This document shows positions 41,701 through 53,100 of a stretch of DNA of 64,000 nucleotides, piece by piece. Each line of letters begins with the position of its first letter. The first letter of the stretch is position 1. Both the position numbers and the translations under genes were made by a program. The stretch is from Antedon mediterranea. Lineage: Eukaryota; Animalia; Echinodermata. Where the stretch lies: contig NC_092677.1 of the NCBI RefSeq assembly GCF_964355755.1, forward strand, positions 9,508,101-9,572,100, written 5' to 3'. The notes under the pieces are model-generated. The model saw only the letters and a list, made by a program, of their open reading frames with translations. It ran no database searches and was not told the DNA's origin.

Positions 41701-44475
41701 TAAATTTAACAAAATTAATTTCGACAATCAAACAAATTATAACATTTTCTTAGGCCAAAATAACAAACTTAACGTTAACTTTCTTCCTTAAGAAGTTCAT
41801 ATATTAAAGTTAAAAGTATATAGTTTGACAGTGCATCATTTTTTTTAATTTTTAAAGATGTCATCATAGTAAAACATTATAATTCATTGCGGTATGTAAT
41901 AATCTATCTGCACCAAAGTGGTTACTGCATAGTAAATACACGGAGGAATTTTTCTCCAACTTTTAGTCAGTTGTGTATGGCTCGATGGTCTGTGCTCGTG
42001 TCATGGCATTCAAAGTACCGAGTTCGAGTCTCACATTGGGAAACGAAATAAGATTTTTTTTTTATTATCCGTATTGTTCAAATTTATTTCTTAGTGTATA
42101 GATTATACACATGATTTATAATGAAATCTAGATAAAAAGTTACTTTATGCCTTTATTATTATGTAACAACAAATGCGGTTTATGACATTATACGCAGAGG
42201 GATCTTTGATCGGATTGTGATACCGGCTATGGTGTTCGCGTTAGCAAAGTCCTATCATATATTATAAATAATTAAAGATTCTGAGAAAATCAATCAATCA
42301 ATCAATATATCTTTTAAAAATCAATTATCTTTATTTAAATCAATGCATATAACCTATAATTCGTCATAGTGACGAATTAAATCTAGTTTATTTATTTATT
42401 CTTTCCTTAGCACTATTTTGTCCGTGAATTATCTTGATATCAGTTTCATCTATCTAAGTCAATTTTTCAGAGTATATTCCTCATGGCCAGGAATCGATGT
42501 GGTTATATTTTCACAATGCGTAATAAAAAATTACGCGGTCTACGCGCGATTTTACGAAATCACGTTTGTAATCATATCTTCACAAGCATGAATCACAATT
42601 AAACAAAATTTGGTACTCATAAATTTCAGGTCATACTTCATCATATGGCAATAAAATTACGTGCGTAGCGCATATAACGCTTGCGTACGCGCGCTTAAAA
42701 TGTTCAAAATTGTCAAAATTTATTTTCGATGAAATTAGAGTACGTTTCAGGCAATTTTAAGCGTTTAAAAAATTGCCATGAGTGCGCAGATTTTTGCACG
42801 CGCACTGCGCGTTAAACGTTAATGCGCACTCTTTTTGCCCAATTTCTGTTTTACAATCTTTCTTTAATAATATCATCATATTTGATTCAGGTTTCAACTC
42901 GAAATTGCGTTATACGAGCACGTCAAAAGTGACTGGCTACGCACGTATAAGTTAACAAAATGGTGAAAATATGCTAAATTTTAAAATTAATATATATCGT
43001 CAGAATGCAGGGGAACACCTATTTTTTATTTCATTTTCTTGAAGTGTATGTATCATATGTATGATTTATTATCAAATAAAGAGAACAAAAGTTGATTAAG
43101 TCATCATTAATTGCATATTAAATTTAAAAAAAATTATTTCGACAATCAAACAAATTATGTCATTTTCTTAGGCCAAAATAACAAACTTAACATTAACTTT
43201 CTTCCTTCAAAAATTCATATATTAAAGTTAAAAGTAAGTAGTTTGACAGTGCATCATTTGTATACATTTTAAAGATGTCATCATAGTAAAAAATTATAAT
43301 TCATTTCGGTATGTAATAATCTATTTGCATCAAAGTGGTTACTGCATAGTAAATACACGGAGGAATTTTTCTACAACTTTTAGTCAGTTGTGTACGGCTC
43401 GGTGGTCTGTGCTCGTGTCTATGGCTTTCAAGGTACCGAGATCGAGTCTCACCTTGGGAAACGAAATAAGATTTTTTTTTTATTGTCCGTATTGTTTGTT
43501 CAAATTTATTTCTTAGTGTATAGATTATACACAAGATTTATAATGAAATGTAGATAAAAATTAACTTATGTCTTTATTATTACGTAACAACAAATGTGGT
43601 TTATGACATTATACGCATATGGATCTTTGATCGGATTGTGATACCGGCTACGGTGTTCGCGTTAGCAAGGTCCTATCATATATTATAAATAATTAAAGAT
43701 TTTGAGAAAATCAATCAATCAATATATCTTTTAAAAATCAATTATCTTTATTTAAATCAATGCATATAACCTATAATTCGTCATAGTGACGAATTAAATC
43801 TAGTTTTATTATTACTTTTCTATTTGCTATTTATACTTACCCAACTGTAGGCACCTTGTGTAGATCAGGGTGTACTCTTGCACCCCATGGTATCACACGG
43901 ATCTCTTGTACAATCACTGGCCAGGTAAACTGTATCAGATCCAAGTTAGGGTCCTTGAAAAAATATTTAAAATGTCATAATTGTTATTATTAATTTATAA
44001 CTGTTATATTATTAATAGTTAGTAAATACTACTACTAATATTAATATAGTAGTATTTTAAACCAATTTATTAAATGAATTATTTTATATATAAAATAATT
44101 ATTTTATAGTATTGCCATAGGGTTAGGCCTATCGTTTTTTAATTGTTATCGTTTCTACAACAATTTATAAATCAAAAAAATATATTGTCTAGGCTATGCC
44201 TACTGTGTTCTACAAGGCACGGCACACAGTACTCAACATAGGGCGAGGGAAACTCGATGGAATATTTAGTGTCAATATATGAGTGAGTGAGTACAGGCGG
44301 CCGAGGCCTAGAATTCACAACACAGCTAGGCCTATAAAACATCTATAAACTCTAACACTAAATTATATCTATTAAGTAATAAATACATTCAAGAACATAA
44401 CTTTACATTTACCTTTGCATTTTCGTGACTAAAAGTTTCGCAAAATAACAATTTCATTGCTTCACTTTCCGCCAT
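26786..44475 (-). CDS. VIRMA: Protein virilizer homolog (m6A methyltransferase complex subunit), multi-exon
   Basis: First exon 44413-44475 MAESEAMKLLFCETFSHENAK; then DLIQF..VIVQEIRVIPWGARVH (~43841-43953), FSLEFFANN...VFERIGS (~40706-40840) and PTDGLVVRGRYASVTLAVFG (~40416-40560), matching the VIR_N domain. Also MASSLKLMALKALDS (37255-37587), DTFRQRPQNTSRPPSMHVDDF (~27895-27960), an RGG-rich tail and the C-terminus RHQRSFTR* (human RHVRSFTR). About 30 exons; internal boundaries approximate. Confidence 0.95.
28525..28658. repeat. Two-copy ~66-bp tandem duplication in a VIRMA intron
   Basis: GTTGTATGATTAGTTCATTTTGATCCCATTGGGACAG.GCGACAACACAGCGATTCAATTTTAC occurs twice. Confidence 0.85.
28680..28878 (-). 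mobile_element. Degenerate SINE with a Nin-domain-like core
   Basis: GACCACAACACCAAGGTAACTCCCTACTCTTTCCAAAAGATGTACTGGGTTCCTTTAA resembles my recollection of the reverse-complemented Nin-SINE core, and it ends in a tRNA A-box-like AACCGCTCGGCCAC. A second copy lies at ~32165-32455. Confidence 0.5.
32165..32455 (-). mobile_element. Second copy of the Nin-like SINE
   Basis: ACTGGGGTAACCCCATACTCATCTCGAAAATATACCAGGTGCTTTAAAGTGCAC...TATCCAAGAAGACT...CCAGAACCATGG is shared with 28680-28878. Confidence 0.5.
40904..42386 (+). mobile_element. Helentron-associated non-autonomous element (HINE/DINE-1-like), copy 1, in VIRMA intron 2
   Basis: 5' subTIR AGGTTATATGCAT (40907-40919) with adjacent inverted repeat ATGCATATAACCT (40923-40935); (TTTA)n microsatellite; 3' subTIR ATGCATATAACCT (42343-42355); hairpin AATTCGTCA-TAG-TGACGAATT (42358-42378); CTAG (42383-42386) followed by Ts. 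Confidence 0.8.
42387..43803 (+). mobile_element. HINE/DINE-1-like element, tandem copy 2 (lacks the 5' subTIR)
   Basis: Collinear, slightly diverged repeat of 40957-42386 that starts at the (TTTA)n tract and ends in the same subTIR-hairpin-CTAG. Confidence 0.8.
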
Positions 44476-45303
44476 GCCAAACAAAATCATCTATCCAATC
44501 CAATAACATAGCCTAGCCGTTAATAACCAGTCGTTATGTAGTTAAAAGAGTAAATTAATTTTGATTTCATTCATGTTTCTTGCATGAACCGCGAAAACAT
44601 AGTAATTCAATTAATGAAATCGATTAAACCAGTACCATCCAGTCAGTTCTAAATAAATCACTGTTGTCTTATGTTTGGTTTGATTCAATGGTCTGGTGCG
44701 AAGATTAAACGGTAAGCTTTTTATCTAGGCTAAAGGCTTTAAGTAGGCCTAGGCCCTAGTATAACTTCTATTTCTAGGGCATAGCGTAGCTTATCATCAC
44801 CTGCTGTTCCTATTCTGCAGCGGGGCAGGGGGAGGGTGATCTGAAAATGAGAAGAGCGGCGTGCTCTTTAATTTTATGTGTGAGATGGGCTATAATATCT
44901 AGGGCTAACCTCCTCCTGCTGTTGAGCACTTTTCTGAATAAAAAAACTGAATACTGTATTTGTTGTTGTTACAGAATTACAATCTCTGACAATCGCTCCA
45001 CCCGATAATTTCCCCAGCTCCGCTCCCTACAAATCTTGCTAATCCCCCAACAAATCCCCATTTATTTGGCATTTGGTTTGGGCTTACCAATGGAATGGTA
45101 AAAATCTACACTAGGCCTAATCTACTGTACGTATAACGCAAATGCTGTTTTTTATTACAGAAAAATTGTATAAAAAGAATGCCACAGCGACTATTTTTGG
45201 TAGCTGGTCAGTGTAGGTGTGAGGAGTGTTGTCCAAACCATTGTTGTGACTCATGACCCAAGTTTCTATTAAATTACTACTACTAAACTAAAGAACTTGT
45301 AAG

Positions 45304-48300
45304 ATGGAAACCAAAATACAGGTAAACAAATTAGAAACGGAAAGAAAAAGGGACATAATTAACGGAATACTAAGAAAAGAACAAAGCATGCAGAAAGGAG
45401 AAGGAAAGAAATGAAGGGTGATTCCAAAATAGATAAATGGAACGAATTAACCTATCCGACTGTTTTTTTAATTAAAGATCTCCTCACTGTCCAACTTCTA
45501 TGAGCAATGCAACTGAAGTAGTTTGAGGAGCTTGTAAGCTGCCAGTCGAATACTTATAAAAAAATTATTAATTAGTTAATAAAAACAAATATAAATGATA
45601 GGTTTTTTGTACAATAACATCTTTTTCTTTTCATAGTCTGAGGGTGTGATGCTTAGAGACAGTTTCCATGCTTTAAACATTCTCTCTGTACTCGATACGT
45701 ATCGCAAAGAAGGCCGAATGTGCGATGTTGTTCTATGTTGTGAAGGTCATTCTATACCGGCTCATAGGTAAGTACAATACCCCTTCACATTGCAAAACTA
45801 TTGAGGCAGCTGGAGTCTGCACAAACCAGGGCTTTTACATCTGCAAGTTTTCGTTTTAAACACCAGTGTACGTCTAGTGGTCCAGAGACATTTTTTCAGA
45901 GTTTAATATGAAAGAGGTATTTTGTTAATATATTTGTCTTGTTTGTTATTTATTGTTTTATTTTAAATTTATTTCAGAGTTGTCCTTATGTCATTTAGTG
46001 CATATTTTGAGGCAATGTTTAACAGCAATATGTCTGAAAGTAGCCAATCATCAATCACTATTCACAGCATAGTTCCTTCTGCTTTGGATGCATTGATTGA
46101 GTTTGCTTATACTGGGAATATATTGGTAAGATATGCTTGTTTGCTCATATACCATGGACCTATAAATTAAAATAGTTGCTCATACAGTACTACCCAGTCC
46201 TCCCTACTTAACACAGTTGAACGCAATGGCCAAAATGGGGGGGGGGGGGGCCTGCTGTTTATATCTGGTTCACTTGCACTCAATCCCAATCGCTGCAATA
46301 TGGATTATCACACCAGAACCACACATACTGTACAGTGTACCTTCCTCAATTTGAGCTCAAATAGGCAAATTGCTTTATTTTCTATACTATAGATTAATGA
46401 AAATAATGCCCAGGATATTCTTGTTGGCTCGTCAATGCTTCAGATAACCACAGTAACGCAGACATGCAGCCAGTTCATCCAATCACAACTCGTGTCTGAC
46501 AACGCCATCGGAATTCACTTCTTTGCCAAAATGTACTCGTGTACAGAACTTCTTAAAGCTGCAGACTGGTTAATAACTAAGAACTTTGTAAAAGTCGCAC
46601 AGAGCAACGAGTTCTTAGAACTTGACTCAGAGAAACTTAAAAAACTGCTGAACGACACCTCTGTTCGTATGATACTTGGAGAGAGAATTGTGGCCGGAAT
46701 TAGTCAGTGGTTTAGATATGATCCACAGAATCGGCGTGATGGTTTGCAAGATATCATTGAATATTTAAAGCTCCAGGGTCCGCATCCCCACCTTATGAAT
46801 AATGTGAACTTTGACCTATGTGATGTCGAAGACCAAGAGATGGTAGACATATACCAAATACACACTGTAAGGTTTTTCCCATTTTTTCAGTTGAGATGAG
46901 TTTAGTTGAGTCTTTGTAACAATGTTCTTATTTGAAAATATGAAAGTTTAAATATATATTTGATATTCCTAATTATCTTAATCACGATTGATGTTTTATA
47001 CACACAGGGTTTATTGGCAATTGGTGGGGTATGTGAAGGTCTAACACTATCATCAAACCTCTTCTATGCCGGGGAGGGTACAGGAGGGTGGTGCACTGTA
47101 ACCCCAAGTTCTGTAACTTTAGCTCCATTGAATCAGGCAAGATCAACCTTTGGTATAGCTACAGATGGCTCAGATGTCTATGTTGCGGGTATGAAAATGG
47201 TTATAATTTTACAACTGGGTTAAAACCAGTCCGTTTTTCCCTTTAAAAACCCAATATGTAGATAGAAGCTACAATATTTGACTAGTACCCCTTTCACATC
47301 GCCTAGCAAAACTCAAGAACATTAACAAGAAAATAAATAAATTTTAAAAATAGGTTTCATCTTTGTAACAATTTTCATTTAAAAAAGTGCAAAATTAGTA
47401 ATTTCATATACAGATAATTCAAATCAAAGCTCCCTTCACTAAAGTATGATATGTAAAATAATTTTAGTTTAAATATGTATACCTTTACAGGTGGTAGTAA
47501 CTCCTGCTATGCTCTGAATGTAGTTGAATATGTACCTTTACAGGTGGTAGTAACTCCTGCTATGCTCTGAATGTAGTTGAATATGTACCTTTACAGGTGG
47601 TAGTAACTCCTGCTATGCTCTGAATGTAGTTGAATATGTACCTTTACAGGTGGTAGTAACTCCTGCTATGCTCTGAATGTAGTTGAATATGTACCTTTAC
47701 AGGTGGTAGTAACTCCTGCTATGCTCTGAATGTAGTTGAATATGTACCTTTACAGGTGGTAGTAACTCCTGCTATGCTCTGAATGTAGTTGAATATGTAC
47801 CTTTACAGGTGGTAGTAACTCCTGCTATGCTCTGAATGTAGTTGAATATGTACCTTTACAGGTGGTAGTAACTCCTGCTATGCTCTGAATGCAGTTGAAT
47901 ATTATGAAAACATCAGTAACAGCTGGAAATTGCTCACTCCTCTTCAAGAACCCAGAAATGGCTGTCAAGCTGCGATGATCAACAACATGCTACTGGTAGC
48001 TGGAGGTCTCAACAACGACTATCTAAAGTCTGTGGAAATGTACAAGGTAGATCGTGAGACCTGGTGCTATGTGCAACCAATGAACTTCCATCGTGGCTTT
48101 TTTGCGGTTGACGTGATTGGTGGGATGGTTTACGCTGCTGGAGGTACAGGTAGGTAAAAGAGTCAAACATTCTCACCATCTGAAATAGATTTTAGAGTAA
48201 ATAGATTTTAGGGAAATTATTTCTAAATATTTATGTTTAAATGACTGAATAATTACTGTATAGGTAATTAATAAGTACTGTTACGTGTACACATGAGTAC

Positions 48301-48783
48301 ACAAACTATAAATATAAACATACAGGATGTACAGTAAAGTATTGTATGGACATTTTTTTATACTAACCTACAGGTGGGCAGCCTGGTTGCAATGATTATC
48401 TAAGTACAGTTGAACGCTACGACTCTGGACATGATAAGTGGACCGCTCTTCCCGAAATGAACGAAGCTCGTGGGAACTTATCCTGTGCAGTTCTCAACAG
48501 ATGCTTTTACGCTATTGGTGGCTTCAACGGACACTTTCTAAAAACCGTCGAACGCTTAGATCCACGTACAAACCGATGGGTGTCGGTGGCTTCTCTACGC
48601 AATTACAGAAGTTCTTCAACCTCGGCTATTTTGGATGGTACTATTTACACAATAGGGGGATTTGATAGCAGACATGTTGTGTACACTGTCGAAAAGTATG
48701 ATCCTGTGGCAGATTGCTGGTTAAAGTGTGATGCATTACCAGCCAGGATATCTGGCCTACAGGCTGTGTCTTTGTGCATTTGA
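45304..48783 (+). CDS. Kelch-like protein (BTB-BACK-6 Kelch; CUL3 adaptor family)
   Basis: Exons ~45304-45321, 45637-45767 (MCDVVLCCEGHSIPAHR), 45978-46125 (VVLMSFSAYFEAMF...LIEFAYTG), 46393-46866 (BACK), 47008-47188, 47862-48149 and 48374-48783. Six GG-containing Kelch repeats with VERYD...W motifs. The start exon is less certain. Confidence 0.9.
47476..47902 (+). repeat. 53-bp x 8 tandem repeat spanning an intron/exon junction of the Kelch gene
   Basis: TATGTACCTTTACAG|GTGGTAGTAACTCCTGCTATGCTCTGAATGTAGTTGAA; acceptor AGs end at 47490, 47543, 47596, 47649, 47702, 47755, 47808 and 47861. Confidence 0.95.
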
Positions 48784-49151
48784 CACTTCATATGAAGAAT
48801 GCATACATATTCATATGCATAGAAGTAGATATATTCAAATGATTTTATTTTGCAGAAACTGTCTGTTATTCGAAGTTTTGTAGCTTTGTATCTTGCATAA
48901 AATGCTGTTTTATTAATTTGTTTATGTAAACTGTTTGTGTTAAAAATAGTGATATTTTGAAAATTAACTGTTTTTTTTTTGTAAATAAAATGTTTAAAAA
49001 TATACATATAGCATTATAATTACAGTTTAAAAATTCAGCTATAATACAGGTAATAGACAACGCTTATAAGAATTATATATTAAACATTTACTTATGGTAA
49101 CAGTACTGTACTACTCTGGAGTTAATGTACAGTATATCAAAATAATGATAA

Positions 49152-49331
49152 AAGCGTGGTTCCCACTAGCGACGCAACGCAAGGACGTAACGCAACGCAA
49201 GTGAATTGACCAATCACAAGCGATGGCTTATTCGCTTGTGATTGCTAACTGTCTATAACTTCGCTTGTCATTGGTTAAAACGCTTGCGTTGCATTTACGT
49301 CCTTGCGTTACGTTCTAGTGGGAACCAAGCT
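49152..49331. mobile_element. MITE, family A, near-intact copy (possibly PIF/Harbinger-derived)
   Basis: AAGCGTGGTTCCCACTAG...CTAGTGGGAACCAAGCT with long internal inverted symmetry (ACGCAAGGACGTAA / TTACGTCCTTGCGT). Superfamily assignment is inference. Confidence 0.8.
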
Positions 49332-49611
49332 TTACTGGTGAATCAAAACTCATTCTATGTATATAGCAAACATAATTTTCACAGCAAACGCATATTTCTA
49401 AACTATTCTTTCAAATATGTCATCAAATTTGTACCTCTTTATACTTTTGTAATGTTGCTTTTCATTTTCGCATTACAATGTTTTAGCACAGGTTTTACAA
49501 GAAGTAGACTATACATACATGTATTTATCAAACATTGGTTTTTGATTAAATAAAAATAATAAATAGTGAGATTCATTTAAGGCATCTTTACTGTTATGGT
49601 CTAGTGTCACG

Positions 49612-50195
49612 CCTCTACTGTTACTAGTCAGGTGCCATGTTATGTCATCTTTAGGCCTCTACCTCTACTGTTATGCTTGCCTGGTCTGGTGCCATGTTGT
49701 GTCCACTTTAGGCCTCTACTGTTATGTCTGCATGGTCTGATGTTATGTTATGTCAACTTTAGGCCTCTACCTCTACTGTTATGTCTGCATGGTCTGGTGT
49801 CATGTTATGTCAACTTTAGGCCTCTACCTCTACTGTTATGCCTGCCTGGTCTTATGCCATGTTATGTGAACTTTAGGCCTCTACCTCTACTGTTATGCCT
49901 GCCTGGTCTGATGCCATGTTATGTCAACTTTAGGCCTCTACCTCTACTGTTATGCCTGCCTGGTCTGATGCCATGTTGTGTCAACTTTATAGGCCTCTAC
50001 CTCTACTGTTATGCCTGCCTGGTCTGATGCCATGCTATGTAAACTTTAGGCCTCTACCTCTTCTGTTATGCCTGCCTGGTCTGATGCCATGTTATGTCAA
50101 CTTTAGGCCTCTGCCTGTACTGTTATGCCTGCCTGGTCTGGTGCAGTGTTATGTCATCTTTATGCCTCTACCTCTACTGTTATGCCTGCCTGATC
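49612..50195. repeat. 57-bp minisatellite (~10 copies) overlapping the FCSK stop codon and 3' UTR
   Basis: Unit TTTAGGCCTCTACCTCTACTGTTATGCCTGCCTGGTCTGATGCCATGTTATGTCAAC. Confidence 0.95.
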
Positions 50196-53100
50196 CAGTG
50201 TCACATTGTACACCTCCATGTCATCCTGAAAGAAATTGAGAAAAAATGTGTTGCTGTCGATCTTTCAATGAATAAAAATTGTTTGTCCAGTCCACAAACA
50301 AACCTACTGTACAGTGTTGTAAGGTTAACTCATATTAAACCCAAACCTCTTATGTCAAGAAGCAGATTCTGCAAGCAGTGTTATTTACCTCAAAGTCCTT
50401 AAGAGCATTTTTCACTACATCACAGCCATTAGGTTCTTTAGTGACAGCACACAAGAATCCACCTCCACCAGCTCCTGTTAATATTTGTCCATATACATGT
50501 GGGTGAAGTGCATCCATGATTTGTTTGACTGTGGCTGGTTCACATCCAGTTGCCAGCAGTTTCTTCTGTTCCCAATAGGTGTTCATACAGCTTCCTATTT
50601 TTTCTAGATTTCCTATAGAAGAGGGAAAATAAACAAACAAGCACGATAAAAATAATTTAATGCTTTGTTCCTGTTGGACGCAAGGATGTACTGTATGCAA
50701 TGGATTATCAAAACTGTGAACCTATAGTGCAACCAAAACATTTTAATGAATTTGAACTTTTCCAAGTAAATGATGAATCCTAAACAGCTCTATAAAGCTC
50801 TGTCTACACTATCAATCTAGTTTGACAAAAATGTGTGATGTGCCCAAATATGGTAGTAATATGACATCATCATGTCCACATTTTTTATCACATAAAGTTT
50901 GATAGTGTTGACATAGCTTTAGACACTGGCTCTTTTTTTCTATAATTAAAGTTTAAACCATGAATGCTCAGATATTCCCATATAATTACACCATATGTAG
51001 TTTAATACCTTCATTAAACGCTGCAAAGCATTCCCATGCGTTTGCCTTCAAATTACGCACATTATCAACCACTTGTGGGATCCGTGCATACCAATTTCGA
51101 ACGACTTCTTGCAAAAGATTTCTAGAACAAATCATTCCAGTAGAAAAGAGGCAATTTAATACCCAACATTGTGTTTTTATTTTCCTATTATTGTTAGTTT
51201 ACATTCTTTTACAAAAAAATATGAAAGGATAGCAAAGGCATGTTTACCTTGCAAGGCGGGTTTTTCCAGTATAAACCAGTACAAACTGGTTGTTGAACCT
51301 GGCTAGCATATCGTTTGAGATGTCCACATGAGTGACGTCCACCTTTAAAGGTAACCCTGCTTTGCAATGTCCTATATTAATACCACCAGTTAGGCCTAGT
51401 AAAGAAAACATATATTTTTATAAAAATTGGCAAAATTAGTAACTCAGGATAGTCCCACAAATATTATATAATAATAATTACCTCCAACCTGATCTTGCCA
51501 TCCACCTCCAGTTGTCAATATTTGTTCCAAGTGCAAAACCTTTACAAAATTAAAAACACATTATTCACTCTGATAATATAAGTACTGTAATAAAATATTC
51601 TTAGTATTCTAGGTATTTATAAGCTTGGTTTGTACTTAGATGCAACTCAACTAAGTAGGCACAGTACAAATGCGTTGACCAATCACAAGCAACAGTCCAA
51701 ACATAATTTAAATACAGGTGATTGTGACTTAAATGGCTGTGCGTACGCTCGTGAAATATTGTAGACACAGGTAATGTTTTTCTGAATAATTAAGGCTACA
51801 TTCACACACACACAGATAAATAAAAATAAATAATACAAAGCATTGAAAGACTACACAAGTGTAAATGTAGCTTTAATAAGGAATAAACTGAATTAAGGTG
51901 ATGAATTAAATTATTGTGCTTGTTTGTTTATATTCGTATCACACGGGACAAGCCATACAATCGTAAAATATATCTTTTTGAAAAAACTGATTTTAATTTA
52001 TATCGTAATGCTCTTAATTCTGTAAATTGGGAAGAAGTTTATTCATCTTAAAAGGTTGAAGATGTTTGTCATAATTGGATTGACTTATTTAATAATTGTG
52101 TTGATAACTATATTATATCTAAAATTATAACTGTGCGTCCTAATGACAAGCCTTGGATTAATGCGCATATTAGAACTCTTATTCGCAAAAGAAATCGCGC
52201 CCATTCCACTCGAAATAACTCAAATTCGCATATGCAACGTTTTAAGAAAATTCGCGCAAAAGTTGTTAAAGCAATAAGAAAAGCTAAACAAACTTTTTTG
52301 GATAAACAATTTGATTTATTAATGAATAAAAACTGTGATTCAAAAACTTGGTGGTCTACCATAAATTCAGTTTGTAATTCCAAACAATATTATAAGATTC
52401 CTCCAATCAAATTAAACGATGATGTCCTAACTTTAAATAGTGAGAAAGTTAAAGCGTTTAACAATTATTTTAAATCTCAATCGTTTATTCCTAATCATGA
52501 TGATTTTCCTACGGACTTCACATATAGAACTGCATCGAGACTCTCAACTCTCAAATTATCTGTTGATGAGATCATGAAATTATTAACTATGCTGGATAAA
52601 AACAAGGCGATGGGACCTGATGAAATTCACAGTATCATACTAATAGAATCTGCTGAAATTATTGCACCCCATTTGACAAAGCTTTATAACTTCTGCATAA
52701 GCCAAGGATATTTTCCTGTGGAATGGAAAAAATCAAATGTCATTCCTCTGCATAAAAAAGGCAATAAATCCCTTATTGAGAACTACCGCCCTATATCCAT
52801 ACTTTCCAACTTTACAAAAATTTTTGAGCGTGCAGTTTTTGATATAGTATATAAATACTTTGTGGATAATAAACTTCTTACTCAATTCCAATCTGGTTTT
52901 ACACCAGGTGACTCGACAACGTATCAACTTCTTTATCTTATAGATACATTTAATAGAGCTTTAGATTTAAGGAAAGAAGTAATCTCGGTATTTTTGGATA
53001 TTTCCAAAGCCTTCGATAAAGTTTGGCATAATGGGATTATATACAAATTAAATCAATATGGAATTAATGGCACTCTTCTAAAATGGTTCCAAAGTTACTT

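Noticed and set aside
41000-43534. Several short ORFs in VIRMA intron 2
   Set aside because: They lie inside the non-autonomous repeat, show no Rep/helicase motifs and are not preserved between the two copies.
47476-47902. Regular direct repeats resembling a CRISPR array
   Set aside because: No unique spacers; it is a pure tandem repeat within a eukaryotic gene.
49632-50402. Cys/Leu-rich repetitive ORFs ([19 protein letters not shown])n
   Set aside because: These are translations of the 57-bp minisatellite, antisense to the FCSK end; there is no sign of an independent gene.
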